Shown in pieces: positions 1 to 10,544 of a stretch of DNA of 64,000 nt; the stretch's first letter is position 1; each line of letters starts with the position of its first letter. Made by a program: the position numbers and the translations under genes. This DNA comes from a virus. The notes below the pieces were generated by a model. The model was not told the DNA's origin. It worked only from the letters and a program-made list of their open reading frames with translations, and did no database searches. The DNA lies in IMG/VR virus record IMGVR_UViG_3300021373_003070; one strand, given 5' to 3'.

Positions 1-2
1 CA

Positions 3-71
3 GCAAACAATTTAGTAGTACACAACAAGTTGTTTACATTTAATCGACTCCGCTTAGGACGTTCAACGTAA
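3..71 (+). CDS. 3' end of an upstream gene (partial) ending in a Hint/intein-like C-terminal motif
   Basis: Frame 3 reads ANNLVVHNKLFTFNRLRLGRST*. ANxxxVHN is the Hint/intein C-terminal splicing motif. The stop at 69-71 lies just before the next ORF. Confidence 0.55.
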   Translation, partial: ANNLVVHNKLFTFNRLRLGRST

Positions 72-86
72 TTTAGAGAAATAGAT

Positions 87-2876
87 ATGGCCCGTAAACG
101 CTTACGAAATAATATGGCAAGATTGAAGAGGAAGGATGATAACTTCTTCGCTCTTCCGGAAGCTGTTAGACTGCCAATGCGTCCACGACAAATGGCTATT
201 AAAGCCCGTGGATGCAAGCCTAATACACGATACAAGGTATGCTTGGATAATTTTCCCGGCCGTGATTTTGAAGACATTCAACACACAGCCAGACCAATAG
301 GGGAATCCATAAAAAACAATCCAAGGCCGTTTGGTAATCGTGTATATGAGTATCTAAAGTCAGATGAAAAAGGCGAGATTGTTTTCTCCTGTTTGCCTTT
401 CGGTTCAGACGCAATCGATATACCAGCTAACCCACAAACTAAAAGGCCAACTCGTACTTGTTGGTCACAGTTTAAGTTGCGAACAAAAGAAAACGACGTA
501 GGTAGAGACAGAGTCTGTTTGATTGAAGCTGGACAAATTACAAATCCGTATACAACAGACAAAATTAAACAAGTAAAGTTTGATTACGAATCATCAACGG
601 TAGCTGATCAAGGTGTTAATAAAGGTACAAATGCTTTACCGCCCGGTGTATTGATACCGTGTTTCTTTCCACCTATTCGTAAGAAGAAAATCAAATCGCC
701 ACAAGAAGTATCTGGTACATTTTATCAAACATTCTATATCAATTCCAAGTCAGTTGGCGGAGCAAAGCATGTAGATATTACAGACGTAATTTTATATCTG
801 CGTCGTAAGCCTAATAAAAGATCCAATAAATCTGGTACAGAATTGCCCGGTATTACAGTATCACTTATGGAAACAAATGCAGATGGAAGTCCACGCGTTG
901 GTTCAGTTTTCCAAGAAGGTGTATCAACCGTTGAATGGCGCGATGTCGATGCATCTCCACTCGCTACAACTGGTACTCGATTTGATTTTCAATCACCAGT
1001 TACAGTTGAAACAAATAAGTCTTATGCTATTGCTGTTGTTCCGGAAAGCGAAGAGTATGTATTCTGGTTTAGTCAAAAGGGTGATCTATTACTTGTAAAC
1101 GGTGATAAGACTGAAAGACGATCTTCAGGTTCTTCTAAGCGTCATCAAGGTGATTACTATCCAGCGAGAACATCTACAACGCCCGGTTCTGGCGTAACTC
1201 GTCGAGAAAAGAAATGGCAGCCAGATCAAGACTTAGATCTCAAATTTAAAGTTAACGTTGCAGAGTATTCCGTAGGCGATACTAGTATACAAATGATTAA
1301 TGGCGATTACGAATTTGTACAATTAACAGCGGCGGCTGACACAGAATGGATGCCCGGCGAAGTTGTATACAAAGAAAATACGCCATTAACAGGTACAGCT
1401 ACAATTGTTGCTGGTAGAAAGTACATTGACAATGGTAATACTGGAGATTATTCTACGCTGCTTGATGGTGATGTTCTTATTGTAGAGAGTTCTGTAGATG
1501 ATACACAGGTTCAAGTATTTACAGTTGATGCGACGTCATTTACACCTACCACACGCCGTGTTTATGTCAACGAGTATGCTGAAACAAGCATGTCTGGTAC
1601 TGTACGAAATACAGTCGTTGGCCAGATTGATCACTTCGATCTTGATTTTAAATTTTTAAGATTGGAACACTCATCTGTATCAATTGATCAATACCTCGCA
1701 GATAATACAATGCGATTTGCGCCCGGTGATACTATTCGAGGTGTAGAATCTCGAGATTCTGGTGTAATTGATTACTTGGACGTATTGGATGTAAGTGTAT
1801 TTAGACCATCATTTGTCGGTGAGATGCCTGATGATTTTAAGATTACTACTTCACACCAATTCTCAGAGTTGGATTCAGGAAGTATCGAATCAGGTACTGG
1901 TAACTTCTCTCTAGATACGACATCACCATTAATGTATCTAAATGGTCCTAACAAACTCGATTATGCTGGCTTAGTAATGTCAAAATCTCTTGAAGTATTA
2001 GACGCTACTGATATGCATAATCCGTCTACTGATACGAAGTCTTCAGTATTAAAAATGAACTTCTCATACACAGGTGCAAATACAAAGGTATTCGAAGCTC
2101 CTTCATTGGATATTGGTCAGTTTCAGGTTGTTGCTCATAGATTTAAAATAAACAATGATTCTACTAATGAGCACACTAATAATGGTAACGCATTGACCAA
2201 GCATATTTCTAAGAAGTTAGATTTTAATGGACAAGAAGCTGAAGACGTACGAGTTATATTAAGCGCATTTAAGCCTCGACAAACTGATGTCGAAGTATAT
2301 GCAAAGATATTAAACTCTAGTGATTCTGCTGAGTTTGATGATAAATACTGGACAAAGCTAGAACAAATTAGTAACTTAAATGGATTTAGTGCGGCCGGTT
2401 CGCTTAACGATTACAGAGAATATGAGTACTCATTCCCTGCATCACCACCTACATTAGACACTGCTGCCGGTGAATTTACGACAACTTTAGATAGTGCCGT
2501 GATCACAGGTTCATCTTCGTCTAACGTAGCTGCATTCTCGGTTGGTCAAACTATTAAGTTATATAGTCCATTGTTCCCGACTAATTATAGTGTTTATTCT
2601 ATTCAAAATATCGATATCGGTAATGATCAAATTACTGTTAATGAAACGGTCAGTAATAATAGTATTGTTGGTACAGGTTTCAAGATCGATACTTTAGAAA
2701 CTGAGCAAACAGCTTTCCATAATCCACAGAATGACGGCATTGTTCGATACTTTGGTGCAAATGGCGAGTCATATGATAACTATAACACTGTTGCCATTAA
2801 GATTGTTTTATTGGCAGAAAACAGAAAACTTACGCCAAGAGTTGATGATTTTAGATTGATTGGAGTTACAGCCTAA
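87..2876 (+). CDS. Large baseplate/tail-associated virion structural protein (VrlC/DUF4815-like, C-terminal part)
   Basis: Motifs ARGCKPNTRY, YQTFYI..DITDVILY and C-terminal AIKIVL..PRVDDFRLIG recall the large structural proteins of marine T4-like phages. It sits in the tail module. Confidence 0.65.
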   Translation: MARKRLRNNMARLKRKDDNFFALPEAVRLPMRPRQMAIKARGCKPNTRYKVCLDNFPGRDFEDIQHTARPIGESIKNNPRPFGNRVYEYLKSDEKGEIVFSCLPFGSDAIDIPANPQTKRPTRTCWSQFKLRTKENDVGRDRVCLIEAGQITNPYTTDKIKQVKFDYESSTVADQGVNKGTNALPPGVLIPCFFPPIRKKKIKSPQEVSGTFYQTFYINSKSVGGAKHVDITDVILYLRRKPNKRSNKSGTELPGITVSLMETNADGSPRVGSVFQEGVSTVEWRDVDASPLATTGTRFDFQSPVTVETNKSYAIAVVPESEEYVFWFSQKGDLLLVNGDKTERRSSGSSKRHQGDYYPARTSTTPGSGVTRREKKWQPDQDLDLKFKVNVAEYSVGDTSIQMINGDYEFVQLTAAADTEWMPGEVVYKENTPLTGTATIVAGRKYIDNGNTGDYSTLLDGDVLIVESSVDDTQVQVFTVDATSFTPTTRRVYVNEYAETSMSGTVRNTVVGQIDHFDLDFKFLRLEHSSVSIDQYLADNTMRFAPGDTIRGVESRDSGVIDYLDVLDVSVFRPSFVGEMPDDFKITTSHQFSELDSGSIESGTGNFSLDTTSPLMYLNGPNKLDYAGLVMSKSLEVLDATDMHNPSTDTKSSVLKMNFSYTGANTKVFEAPSLDIGQFQVVAHRFKINNDSTNEHTNNGNALTKHISKKLDFNGQEAEDVRVILSAFKPRQTDVEVYAKILNSSDSAEFDDKYWTKLEQISNLNGFSAAGSLNDYREYEYSFPASPPTLDTAAGEFTTTLDSAVITGSSSSNVAAFSVGQTIKLYSPLFPTNYSVYSIQNIDIGNDQITVNETVSNNSIVGTGFKIDTLETEQTAFHNPQNDGIVRYFGANGESYDNYNTVAIKIVLLAENRKLTPRVDDFRLIGVTA

Positions 2877-3067
2877 TGAATGATGGATTGACTAAGGTTG
2901 ATCAAAATACTTATATAAATAATTCAAGTACAGATTATCAAAAATTTAAGCAAGAACGCGAAAAACTAAAACAAGCAAGAGACATGTCGAATAGGATCAC
3001 TCAATTAGAAACACAGGTGACCAAGATTATGACCCTCATAGAAGAACTTAATGCTAGGATCAAATAA
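2876..3067 (+). CDS. Small coiled-coil protein
   Basis: 63 aa with a heptad-like C-terminus; TAATG overlaps on both sides. Confidence 0.7.
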   Translation: MNDGLTKVDQNTYINNSSTDYQKFKQEREKLKQARDMSNRITQLETQVTKIMTLIEELNARIK

Positions 3068-6000
3068 TGGCGCTACTTTCAGGTTTCGATGAATTAAATT
3101 CAGCAAATGCAACATTTAGTGATTGGTTAACAAAAACCAATGAGCTAATCTTGCTTATGCGAGGTGCAAATACAGCGCCAAGTATTACCTCAGTCATGAC
3201 GGCTAACTCGCTTCCCGGCGGTTCAATGACATTTGGAAATGCTACACTATTTGGCCAATTTACTGCTAATACGATGGTCGTATTGAACGATGGTGAAAAT
3301 GATGGATCAGACGATAATGTTTTCGCCAATGGTAACTTTGGTGGATTAAGAGGTGGTGTATGGAATAATGCTTCTAATACAATCACTGCTGATACATTAT
3401 ACATCGTTTCCAATACCACGTACACAGATGAATCAGTTGAGGTCTATGTCGATTCTACTTATGGTCTTATTGTTGAGCAAAATATTGAAGCGCGGCATGA
3501 TGTCTTATTTGTAGGTAACGGTGGTTCTAACACAAATCCAAAGATGCATTGGGAAGATGCAGACAATATTCTTAGTTTCAATAACAACGTAAGAGCTGTC
3601 TTTGGTAAGAACGCAGGCTCAGAAGTTGTAGGCGGTACAGGACAAGCAGAATTCTTATTTGTTGATGCAGATAATCGAATGTATGTCAACACGGAGAATA
3701 TGAACATCCGTGCAAATACTGACGTCAACTTTATCACAGACAACTTTGAGCTGAAGTCAGATATAGGCTCAGAACTTTATATCTCAGCTGACGTTGCAGA
3801 TAACAGCACAGTCAAGCTATACTATGAAGGTAACGAAAGACTCGCCACGAACACACATGGTATTGTAGTCACAGGCGATGCCATTGTACAAGACGATCTT
3901 GTTATGTTTGATGGTGGCCGAATCATGATGGGTAACACATATCCATATGACGGCACACAGGATATTGCATCATATAACTTTCAAATTTATACAGACGGCA
4001 CTGACGGTATTATTGTATCTGGTGACAAAGATCTCAATATCTTTGTTCATGAAGGATTCAATCTTACAAATGAACCCGGCACGATAAACTTCATCACAGC
4101 TAATAACGATGGCTCAAGCGAAGTTGTTCTTTATAATAACGGTACTGCTCGCCTCGAAACAACCGGTGCACAGGCTGGTGAAGTTCCGGGTGTAGAAATC
4201 TTTGGTGAAGCGAATACGACTACATTGCGTGTACGTCAAGATGCAAACTTTGACAACGATACTTTAAACTCGAACAGTGTTCATTGGGATGCAACAAACG
4301 AAGTATGGAATTACCGTGATTCAGTTAAAGCCACATTCGGTGATAGCGATGACTGGGAGATGTTCTATACTGCTGCAGGTCGTGCATACTCTAATACAGA
4401 TAATCAAGATATTCGAGCCAGAACTGATCTAAATGTTATTTCCAACATTGTGGAAATGAAATCAGAGACAGGCGGCGAATTGTATATCTCAGCAGATGTT
4501 GCTGACAATAGCACTGTCAAACTTTACTACGAAGGTAACGTAAGACTATCTACAAATACACATGGTATTGAAGTTGATGGCGATGTTGTAGTAAAAGATA
4601 ATACTGTCATCTTCGACAATAACAAGCTGTTGATGGGTGGCACATATCCATATACCGGCGGCGAAGCAATCGCCGATTATAATTTCCAAATTTACACTGA
4701 CGGAACCGATGGTATTATTGTTTCTGGTGATAAAGATCTAAACATCTTTGTACACGAAGGATTCAATCTTACTAACGAGCCCGGCACTGTTAGCTTTATT
4801 ACTGCTAATAATGACGGATCAAGTGAAGTTGTACTATACAATAATGGTACAGCAAGATTAGAAACGACTGGTTCACAAGTCGGTGAAGTGCCCGGCGTAG
4901 AGATTCATGGTGAAGCCAACACTGATACACTACGTGTTGAAGGCGATGTTCGCTTCGATGGTTCTACAGACGGTATAACAACAACACTCAATGCTAACAA
5001 CATCGAATGGACATCATTGTCAAATACAATGAACTTCGATGATAACACATATCTTGAGTTTGGTACATCTGGCGACTTCAAGATTCACCATGATGGATCT
5101 CACACATATATGCAAGACACTGCCGGCGTCGGTAATGTCTACTTAGATACAAATACCTTCATTGTTAGAAATGCAGCTGGCAACGAAAATCTAATTCGTG
5201 CGATTCAAGATGATGGCGTAACTCTTTACTTTAATAATAGTCAGCGATTAGATACTACAAACCTTGGTGTTGACATTGAAGGCGAAGCAAACACCGATAC
5301 ATTGCGTGTTCAAGCCAACGCAACGTTTGAGTCAGATGCAATTAGTCCAAACGAAGCTGCGTTAGAGTGGAATTCGGCATCGCGAGTACTTGATTGGAAT
5401 GATAATGCTCGAGCAAGATTTGGTAATGGTGTAGATCTACAGATCTGGCATAGTAGCGCAGATAATAGTTCATATATTGCAGAATCTGGTGCTGGTAATC
5501 TGAACATATCAGGTACTAACATCAACATCGAAGCTCAAGACGGTAGCAATTATATTACAGCAGTCGACGATGGTAGCGTTAGTATTTTCTTTGCCGGCGA
5601 CGGCGTCAGCGATAACGGTAATATTGCACGACTGACTACAACAGACATCGGTGTTGATATTGAAGGTGAGGCCAATACTGATACACTTCGAGTACAAGGC
5701 GACGTTGCAATTGAAGATGGTACTGGTACTGTAGAAGTTACATGGGATGCATCCAATAGCAGAATGAATTTTGTGGACGAAGCAAGATTACGTTTTGGTG
5801 ATAGTGCAGACCTACAAATATGGCACAGCGGTACAGCATCATGGATAGCAGATTCAGGAACAGGCAACCTATTCATCGAAGGTACAAACTTAGTACTAAG
5901 AGCTACCGATGATACACGTTATCTTGTAGGTACCGATGGAACTGGCGTAGAAATTTATTCACCTGACGATAGTGTTGCATTAACTGCAAATAACAATCAG

Positions 6001-8955
6001 ATTCACATCACCGATCTCGCTAATACAAATACATTGCGAGTACGTGGTACGTCATTGTTTGAGAATGATATCAGTATCGAAGGTTCTGATAGTAACGAAG
6101 CGCTAGATTGGGATAAGTCAGCGAATACATTAAACTTTAATGATGATAACTATGCTACATTCGGTACAAGTAGCGATCTACAGCTTTATCACGATGGCAC
6201 AAACTCGTTTATCAAAGAACAAGGTACTGGTCAACTAAACATTGATGGTAGTGTTGTAGCGATTCGTGATGTCAGCGATGGTACAACGATTGCCAAATTT
6301 ACCGATGGTGCTGGTGCTGATATTTCTTACAACGGCACAGTACGAATGTCAACAGATGACGGCGGTATTACTGTTACAGGTAATACAGTTGCTGATGGTT
6401 TTGTTGCAGGTGATAATGAGAAGTTACAACTCGGTAATGCTCAAGATTTAGAGCTGTATCATGACGCTTCTGATTCACGAATTGATAATAAAACCGGTAA
6501 TCTTGTAATTAGAAACGCTTCCAATGATGCTGACGTAATTATTCAAACAGATGATGGTTCAGGTTCCCAAGCAGTATATTTCCAAGCAGATGGTAGTACA
6601 GGATCAGTTAAACTTTTCCATTATGGTGCAACGAAATTAACAACAACTAGTATTGGTGTTGATCTTGAAGGCCAAGCAAACACAGATACACTACGAGTGC
6701 AATCTACCTCTGACTTCGAAGGTAGTATTAACATTCAAGGTTCTAATGATACTGATACTCTCACTTGGACCAAGTCATCCAATACTCTTAACTTCGACGA
6801 CAATAACTTTGCTACATTCGGCAATGATTCTGATCTTTCTATCTACCACGATGGAGATCATTCATTCATCTCCGATACCGGTACAGGCGCATTACGAGTA
6901 CTTTCAAACGACATTATCTTTAAAGATTCGGCGAATACTGAAACAATGGCGCGCTTTGTACAAAATGGTGCTGTTACACTCTACTTTGATAATTCACAGA
7001 AATTTATTACTACCAATACAGGTGCTACACTTACTGGCACATTAATTGCCGATGGTGTTACTGTTGGTGACAATGAGATTATTCAACTTGGTACAACCAT
7101 GCAGTTGTACAATGACGGCTCAACATCTTATATTAACGAAACTGGTAGCGGATCATTAACTGTACAAGCAAATAATCTTATTTTAGAAGATACAGGTGGC
7201 GATGATTTCGTTACAGGTGTAGCAGGTGGTACTGTTAGACTCTATTATGCTGGTGCATATAAGTTAGAAACAGATCTCGCAGGTGTAAATGTAAATGGTT
7301 CATTGGATGTATCATCGGCTCTAACAGTTGGTGGTGTTACTAGTCTCGAAAACGATATTGATATTCAAGGTTCTACGGGCGCAGACACTCTTACGTGGGA
7401 TAAGTCAGCCAACACATTAAACTTTGACGATAACAACTTTGCGACATTTGGTACCGGCGCTGACATGTCTTTGTATCACAATGGTACAAATTCATTTATT
7501 GAAAACACTACTGGTGAGTTGTTTGTAAAAGCAGATGGTCTCACATTACGAAGTACAACGAACGAAGATTATCTAACCGCTGATTTAGACGGTGGCGTTA
7601 CACTGTACTTCAATAATTCGGAGAAACTTGCAACCACTAATACAGGCGCAACACTTACAGGTACATTGATTGCCGACGGTGTTACAGTTGGTGATGACGA
7701 AATCATTCAGCTTGGTACAACCATGCAGCTGTACAATGATGGTGCTAACTCATACATTACCGAATCTGGTTCAGGCAATTTTAACTTACAGGCAAACAGT
7801 GTTGCATTAGAAAATACTGATGGTGGTAACTACTTCACCGGTGTAGCCAATGGCGCTGCTATCATGTATCATGCCGGCACAGCGCGTGTATCAACTACAT
7901 CATCTGGTGCAAGTATCACTGGAGCTCTTGGCGTAACGACAAATCTGACAGTAACAGGTTCAACATCACTCAATGGTACAGTCGATCTTGGTAATGCCGC
8001 TAGCGACAATATTGACTTCAATGGTCGCGTAAGAACTAGTATTGTACCAAACGCGAACAATACGCGTGATCTTGGTTCGTCCACCCTCGTATGGAATGAC
8101 ATCTATAGTGGCGGCGCATTTAGTGGAAATAATGGTACATTTACCGGCGACCTTACAGTTTCAGGCAATACGGCAATTACCGGTAACACTTCAGCATCAC
8201 ACTTTATTGGCAACGGTTCACAGCTTACTGATCTAAATGGCACCGCAATTACTACCGGCACTGTTGACGCTGCTAGAATTGATGCTGAGCTTACATCGAA
8301 TACGAGTGGTACAGCTGCTACTGCTACACAGCCGGCTGTTACCGACTCATCCACTGATACTGACTTTAGAGTAACCTTTGCATCTAATACCGGCCAATTC
8401 CGTGATTTGTATGCTGATTCTACATTCTTATATAATCCAGCTGACAATGCATTATATGTCGACAACTTAATTGTCAATACGGAGATTACTCTACCAGATA
8501 ATATTACAGCGCAAACAGTATCCGCTGTAGATTTCAGTGTATCCAATACGGCCACAATATTAAATCTTGAAGTGACCTCGCTTGAAGCGAACGGCGTGGC
8601 ATTTACCGGTACGGGTGGTGATGTTACAACAACAGCATCTACGATGATCGATAGCTTCCCAATTGAACAAACACGTGGATATAAGTATTTTGTACACGGT
8701 GAAGTCACTAACGACGATACAAAAGGATACGCTGTTGAAATCAACGTTATTACTACTGACACTGGCGCCGATACAAAGATTTTCTACACTCGATATGGTG
8801 AAGTTGAAAATGGTATGGGCACGGTAGAAGTTGTTCCAGAGCTAGCAAGTAATAACACGCACATTGATTTGATGGCGACATGTCCTGCAGCTACAGCTTC
8901 TGCAATTCACAGATTTAACGTACTTAAGATAGAAACTAGGGATAATGGTGTATAA
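3067..8955 (+). CDS. Long tail fibre / adhesin with internal repeats
   Basis: 1962 aa, rich in G/T/N/D. N-terminal TFSDWLTKTN anchor motif and many FGxxxDLxIYHDGxxSxI and GxVxLYxNxxxxLxTT repeats typical of marine phage fibres. Confidence 0.8.
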   Translation: MALLSGFDELNSANATFSDWLTKTNELILLMRGANTAPSITSVMTANSLPGGSMTFGNATLFGQFTANTMVVLNDGENDGSDDNVFANGNFGGLRGGVWNNASNTITADTLYIVSNTTYTDESVEVYVDSTYGLIVEQNIEARHDVLFVGNGGSNTNPKMHWEDADNILSFNNNVRAVFGKNAGSEVVGGTGQAEFLFVDADNRMYVNTENMNIRANTDVNFITDNFELKSDIGSELYISADVADNSTVKLYYEGNERLATNTHGIVVTGDAIVQDDLVMFDGGRIMMGNTYPYDGTQDIASYNFQIYTDGTDGIIVSGDKDLNIFVHEGFNLTNEPGTINFITANNDGSSEVVLYNNGTARLETTGAQAGEVPGVEIFGEANTTTLRVRQDANFDNDTLNSNSVHWDATNEVWNYRDSVKATFGDSDDWEMFYTAAGRAYSNTDNQDIRARTDLNVISNIVEMKSETGGELYISADVADNSTVKLYYEGNVRLSTNTHGIEVDGDVVVKDNTVIFDNNKLLMGGTYPYTGGEAIADYNFQIYTDGTDGIIVSGDKDLNIFVHEGFNLTNEPGTVSFITANNDGSSEVVLYNNGTARLETTGSQVGEVPGVEIHGEANTDTLRVEGDVRFDGSTDGITTTLNANNIEWTSLSNTMNFDDNTYLEFGTSGDFKIHHDGSHTYMQDTAGVGNVYLDTNTFIVRNAAGNENLIRAIQDDGVTLYFNNSQRLDTTNLGVDIEGEANTDTLRVQANATFESDAISPNEAALEWNSASRVLDWNDNARARFGNGVDLQIWHSSADNSSYIAESGAGNLNISGTNINIEAQDGSNYITAVDDGSVSIFFAGDGVSDNGNIARLTTTDIGVDIEGEANTDTLRVQGDVAIEDGTGTVEVTWDASNSRMNFVDEARLRFGDSADLQIWHSGTASWIADSGTGNLFIEGTNLVLRATDDTRYLVGTDGTGVEIYSPDDSVALTANNNQIHITDLANTNTLRVRGTSLFENDISIEGSDSNEALDWDKSANTLNFNDDNYATFGTSSDLQLYHDGTNSFIKEQGTGQLNIDGSVVAIRDVSDGTTIAKFTDGAGADISYNGTVRMSTDDGGITVTGNTVADGFVAGDNEKLQLGNAQDLELYHDASDSRIDNKTGNLVIRNASNDADVIIQTDDGSGSQAVYFQADGSTGSVKLFHYGATKLTTTSIGVDLEGQANTDTLRVQSTSDFEGSINIQGSNDTDTLTWTKSSNTLNFDDNNFATFGNDSDLSIYHDGDHSFISDTGTGALRVLSNDIIFKDSANTETMARFVQNGAVTLYFDNSQKFITTNTGATLTGTLIADGVTVGDNEIIQLGTTMQLYNDGSTSYINETGSGSLTVQANNLILEDTGGDDFVTGVAGGTVRLYYAGAYKLETDLAGVNVNGSLDVSSALTVGGVTSLENDIDIQGSTGADTLTWDKSANTLNFDDNNFATFGTGADMSLYHNGTNSFIENTTGELFVKADGLTLRSTTNEDYLTADLDGGVTLYFNNSEKLATTNTGATLTGTLIADGVTVGDDEIIQLGTTMQLYNDGANSYITESGSGNFNLQANSVALENTDGGNYFTGVANGAAIMYHAGTARVSTTSSGASITGALGVTTNLTVTGSTSLNGTVDLGNAASDNIDFNGRVRTSIVPNANNTRDLGSSTLVWNDIYSGGAFSGNNGTFTGDLTVSGNTAITGNTSASHFIGNGSQLTDLNGTAITTGTVDAARIDAELTSNTSGTAATATQPAVTDSSTDTDFRVTFASNTGQFRDLYADSTFLYNPADNALYVDNLIVNTEITLPDNITAQTVSAVDFSVSNTATILNLEVTSLEANGVAFTGTGGDVTTTASTMIDSFPIEQTRGYKYFVHGEVTNDDTKGYAVEINVITTDTGADTKIFYTRYGEVENGMGTVEVVPELASNNTHIDLMATCPAATASAIHRFNVLKIETRDNGV

Positions 8956-9362
8956 TGGCAAACGCAATATACGATAAATACAAAGAAGAAATATTGACGA
9001 CTGCAACAAATACTAACTTGTTGACAGAAACGGTGAAAGTGTCTCTTGTAAATTCAGATATCACATTATTTGATAGTACTGACGAATTCTATAGCGACTT
9101 AAATTCTACTGGTGGTATTCTTTCAACTGTAACTCTTGCGAATAAAACACTCGTAGATGGTGTTTTAAATGCAGACGATCTTGTTTTTTCAAGCGTTACA
9201 GGTGCAGAGTCTGAAGCACTATTGATATGGATAGATACCGGAGTCACAACTACATCGCGGCTGGTTTGTTGGTTAGACACCAATATCACTGGTTTTCCTA
9301 TTACGCCTGACGGTTCTAATATAGATATTACATGGAGCAGTTCAGGTATTTTTAAACTATAA
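8955..9362 (+). CDS. Conserved small virion/tail-associated protein
   Basis: 135 aa, coupled to the fibre gene; ends ITPDGSNIDITWSSSGIFKL. Confidence 0.65.
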   Translation: MANAIYDKYKEEILTTATNTNLLTETVKVSLVNSDITLFDSTDEFYSDLNSTGGILSTVTLANKTLVDGVLNADDLVFSSVTGAESEALLIWIDTGVTTTSRLVCWLDTNITGFPITPDGSNIDITWSSSGIFKL

Positions 9363-9372
9363 GAGAAGATAG

Positions 9373-10527
9373 ATGGCAACTTCACAGAAATTTGATGCGT
9401 TAGATGGATTAGAAGTCACAGGTCAAATGACCGTGGGGGCAAATCTTGCCGTTGATTCAGATACTCTTTTTGTAGATAGTGTCAATGATCGTGTTGGCAT
9501 CAACGATTCAACACCATCATATCCGCTTGATGTAAATGGCAATGCACAAGTTACAGGTGGCATATACGTTGGCACTAATATTACTCACATCGGCGACGCC
9601 GATACCACGATCGGATTTACGACAAATCAAATTGATATTACTGCTGGTAACGTAAATGTTGCTCGAGCCAATACTACTGTGCTATCAATTCAAGCCGGCT
9701 CAGGTATTGCAGTTAGAGATGTAACCGGCGGAGCCGCTGCTTCAGAGTTTCAATCTAATTCTAGTAAACCAAACGGCTCAATTGGGGCTAACTTCGTATA
9801 TACACATGTTGTAGAAGCCGCTGGTGAGAAAGCATCCGGTGGAAGTGCAATCGTATTAGGTCAAATTGACTATACTGGTTCGGGTACTTGGTCAAATACA
9901 AGCTCAGACAATATTAAATTTGTTCTAGGTGGTGCCGATAATTATAATTTTTCGACGACCAACGCCAATTTTTACAACAATAATCTAATCAATGTTACTG
10001 ATATCACTGTAGCAAATAGTATTAGTCATGTCGGCGATAATAATACTTATTTCCAATTTAATTCTAATGATTCGGCCCGTATTGTTACTAACGGATCCCA
10101 GAGATTTGTAGCAAATAATAGTGGTGTATTCGTATCAGGCGCTTTAGATGTATCGACAGATATTACGGCTCGACGGCTTACTGTCGAAGATTATTTTATT
10201 GAAACTACTTCAACCGCTCCGGGCGGTACCGCTGTTACAATTGATTGTAACGTAGGATCAGTTGTTGAATTTACTCCATCAGGAGCATATTCAGTAGACT
10301 TTACCAACTTACCGACAAATGGAACATCAGCATTCACATTGGTTATAAATAATAATGGAACTGCTAGAGAAGCAACATGGCCGGGCTCTGGAGAAGATGA
10401 TGCAATATATTGGGCTGAAAGCGTTGAGCCACCAGCATCAGCAGGTTACGACATATATAATTTTATTGTGATTAATGGCAAAATTTATGGTTCGCTTTCA
10501 ATCCGCAATGCTGGTTGGGCACAATAA
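9373..10527 (+). CDS. Tail fibre / fibre-adaptor protein
   Basis: LFVDSVNDRVGIN..P..LDVNG fibre repeat. The C-terminal WP..WAESVEPP..DIY domain is shared with 22451-23089. Confidence 0.7.
   Translation: MATSQKFDALDGLEVTGQMTVGANLAVDSDTLFVDSVNDRVGINDSTPSYPLDVNGNAQVTGGIYVGTNITHIGDADTTIGFTTNQIDITAGNVNVARANTTVLSIQAGSGIAVRDVTGGAAASEFQSNSSKPNGSIGANFVYTHVVEAAGEKASGGSAIVLGQIDYTGSGTWSNTSSDNIKFVLGGADNYNFSTTNANFYNNNLINVTDITVANSISHVGDNNTYFQFNSNDSARIVTNGSQRFVANNSGVFVSGALDVSTDITARRLTVEDYFIETTSTAPGGTAVTIDCNVGSVVEFTPSGAYSVDFTNLPTNGTSAFTLVINNNGTAREATWPGSGEDDAIYWAESVEPPASAGYDIYNFIVINGKIYGSLSIRNAGWAQ
10344..10351 (+). promoter_or_regulatory. T4-type late promoter (possible, intragenic) upstream of the hairpin fibre gene
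   Basis: TATAAATA ~200 nt before 10545. Confidence 0.45.
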
Positions 10528-10544
10528 TATAAAGGAAATGTAGT

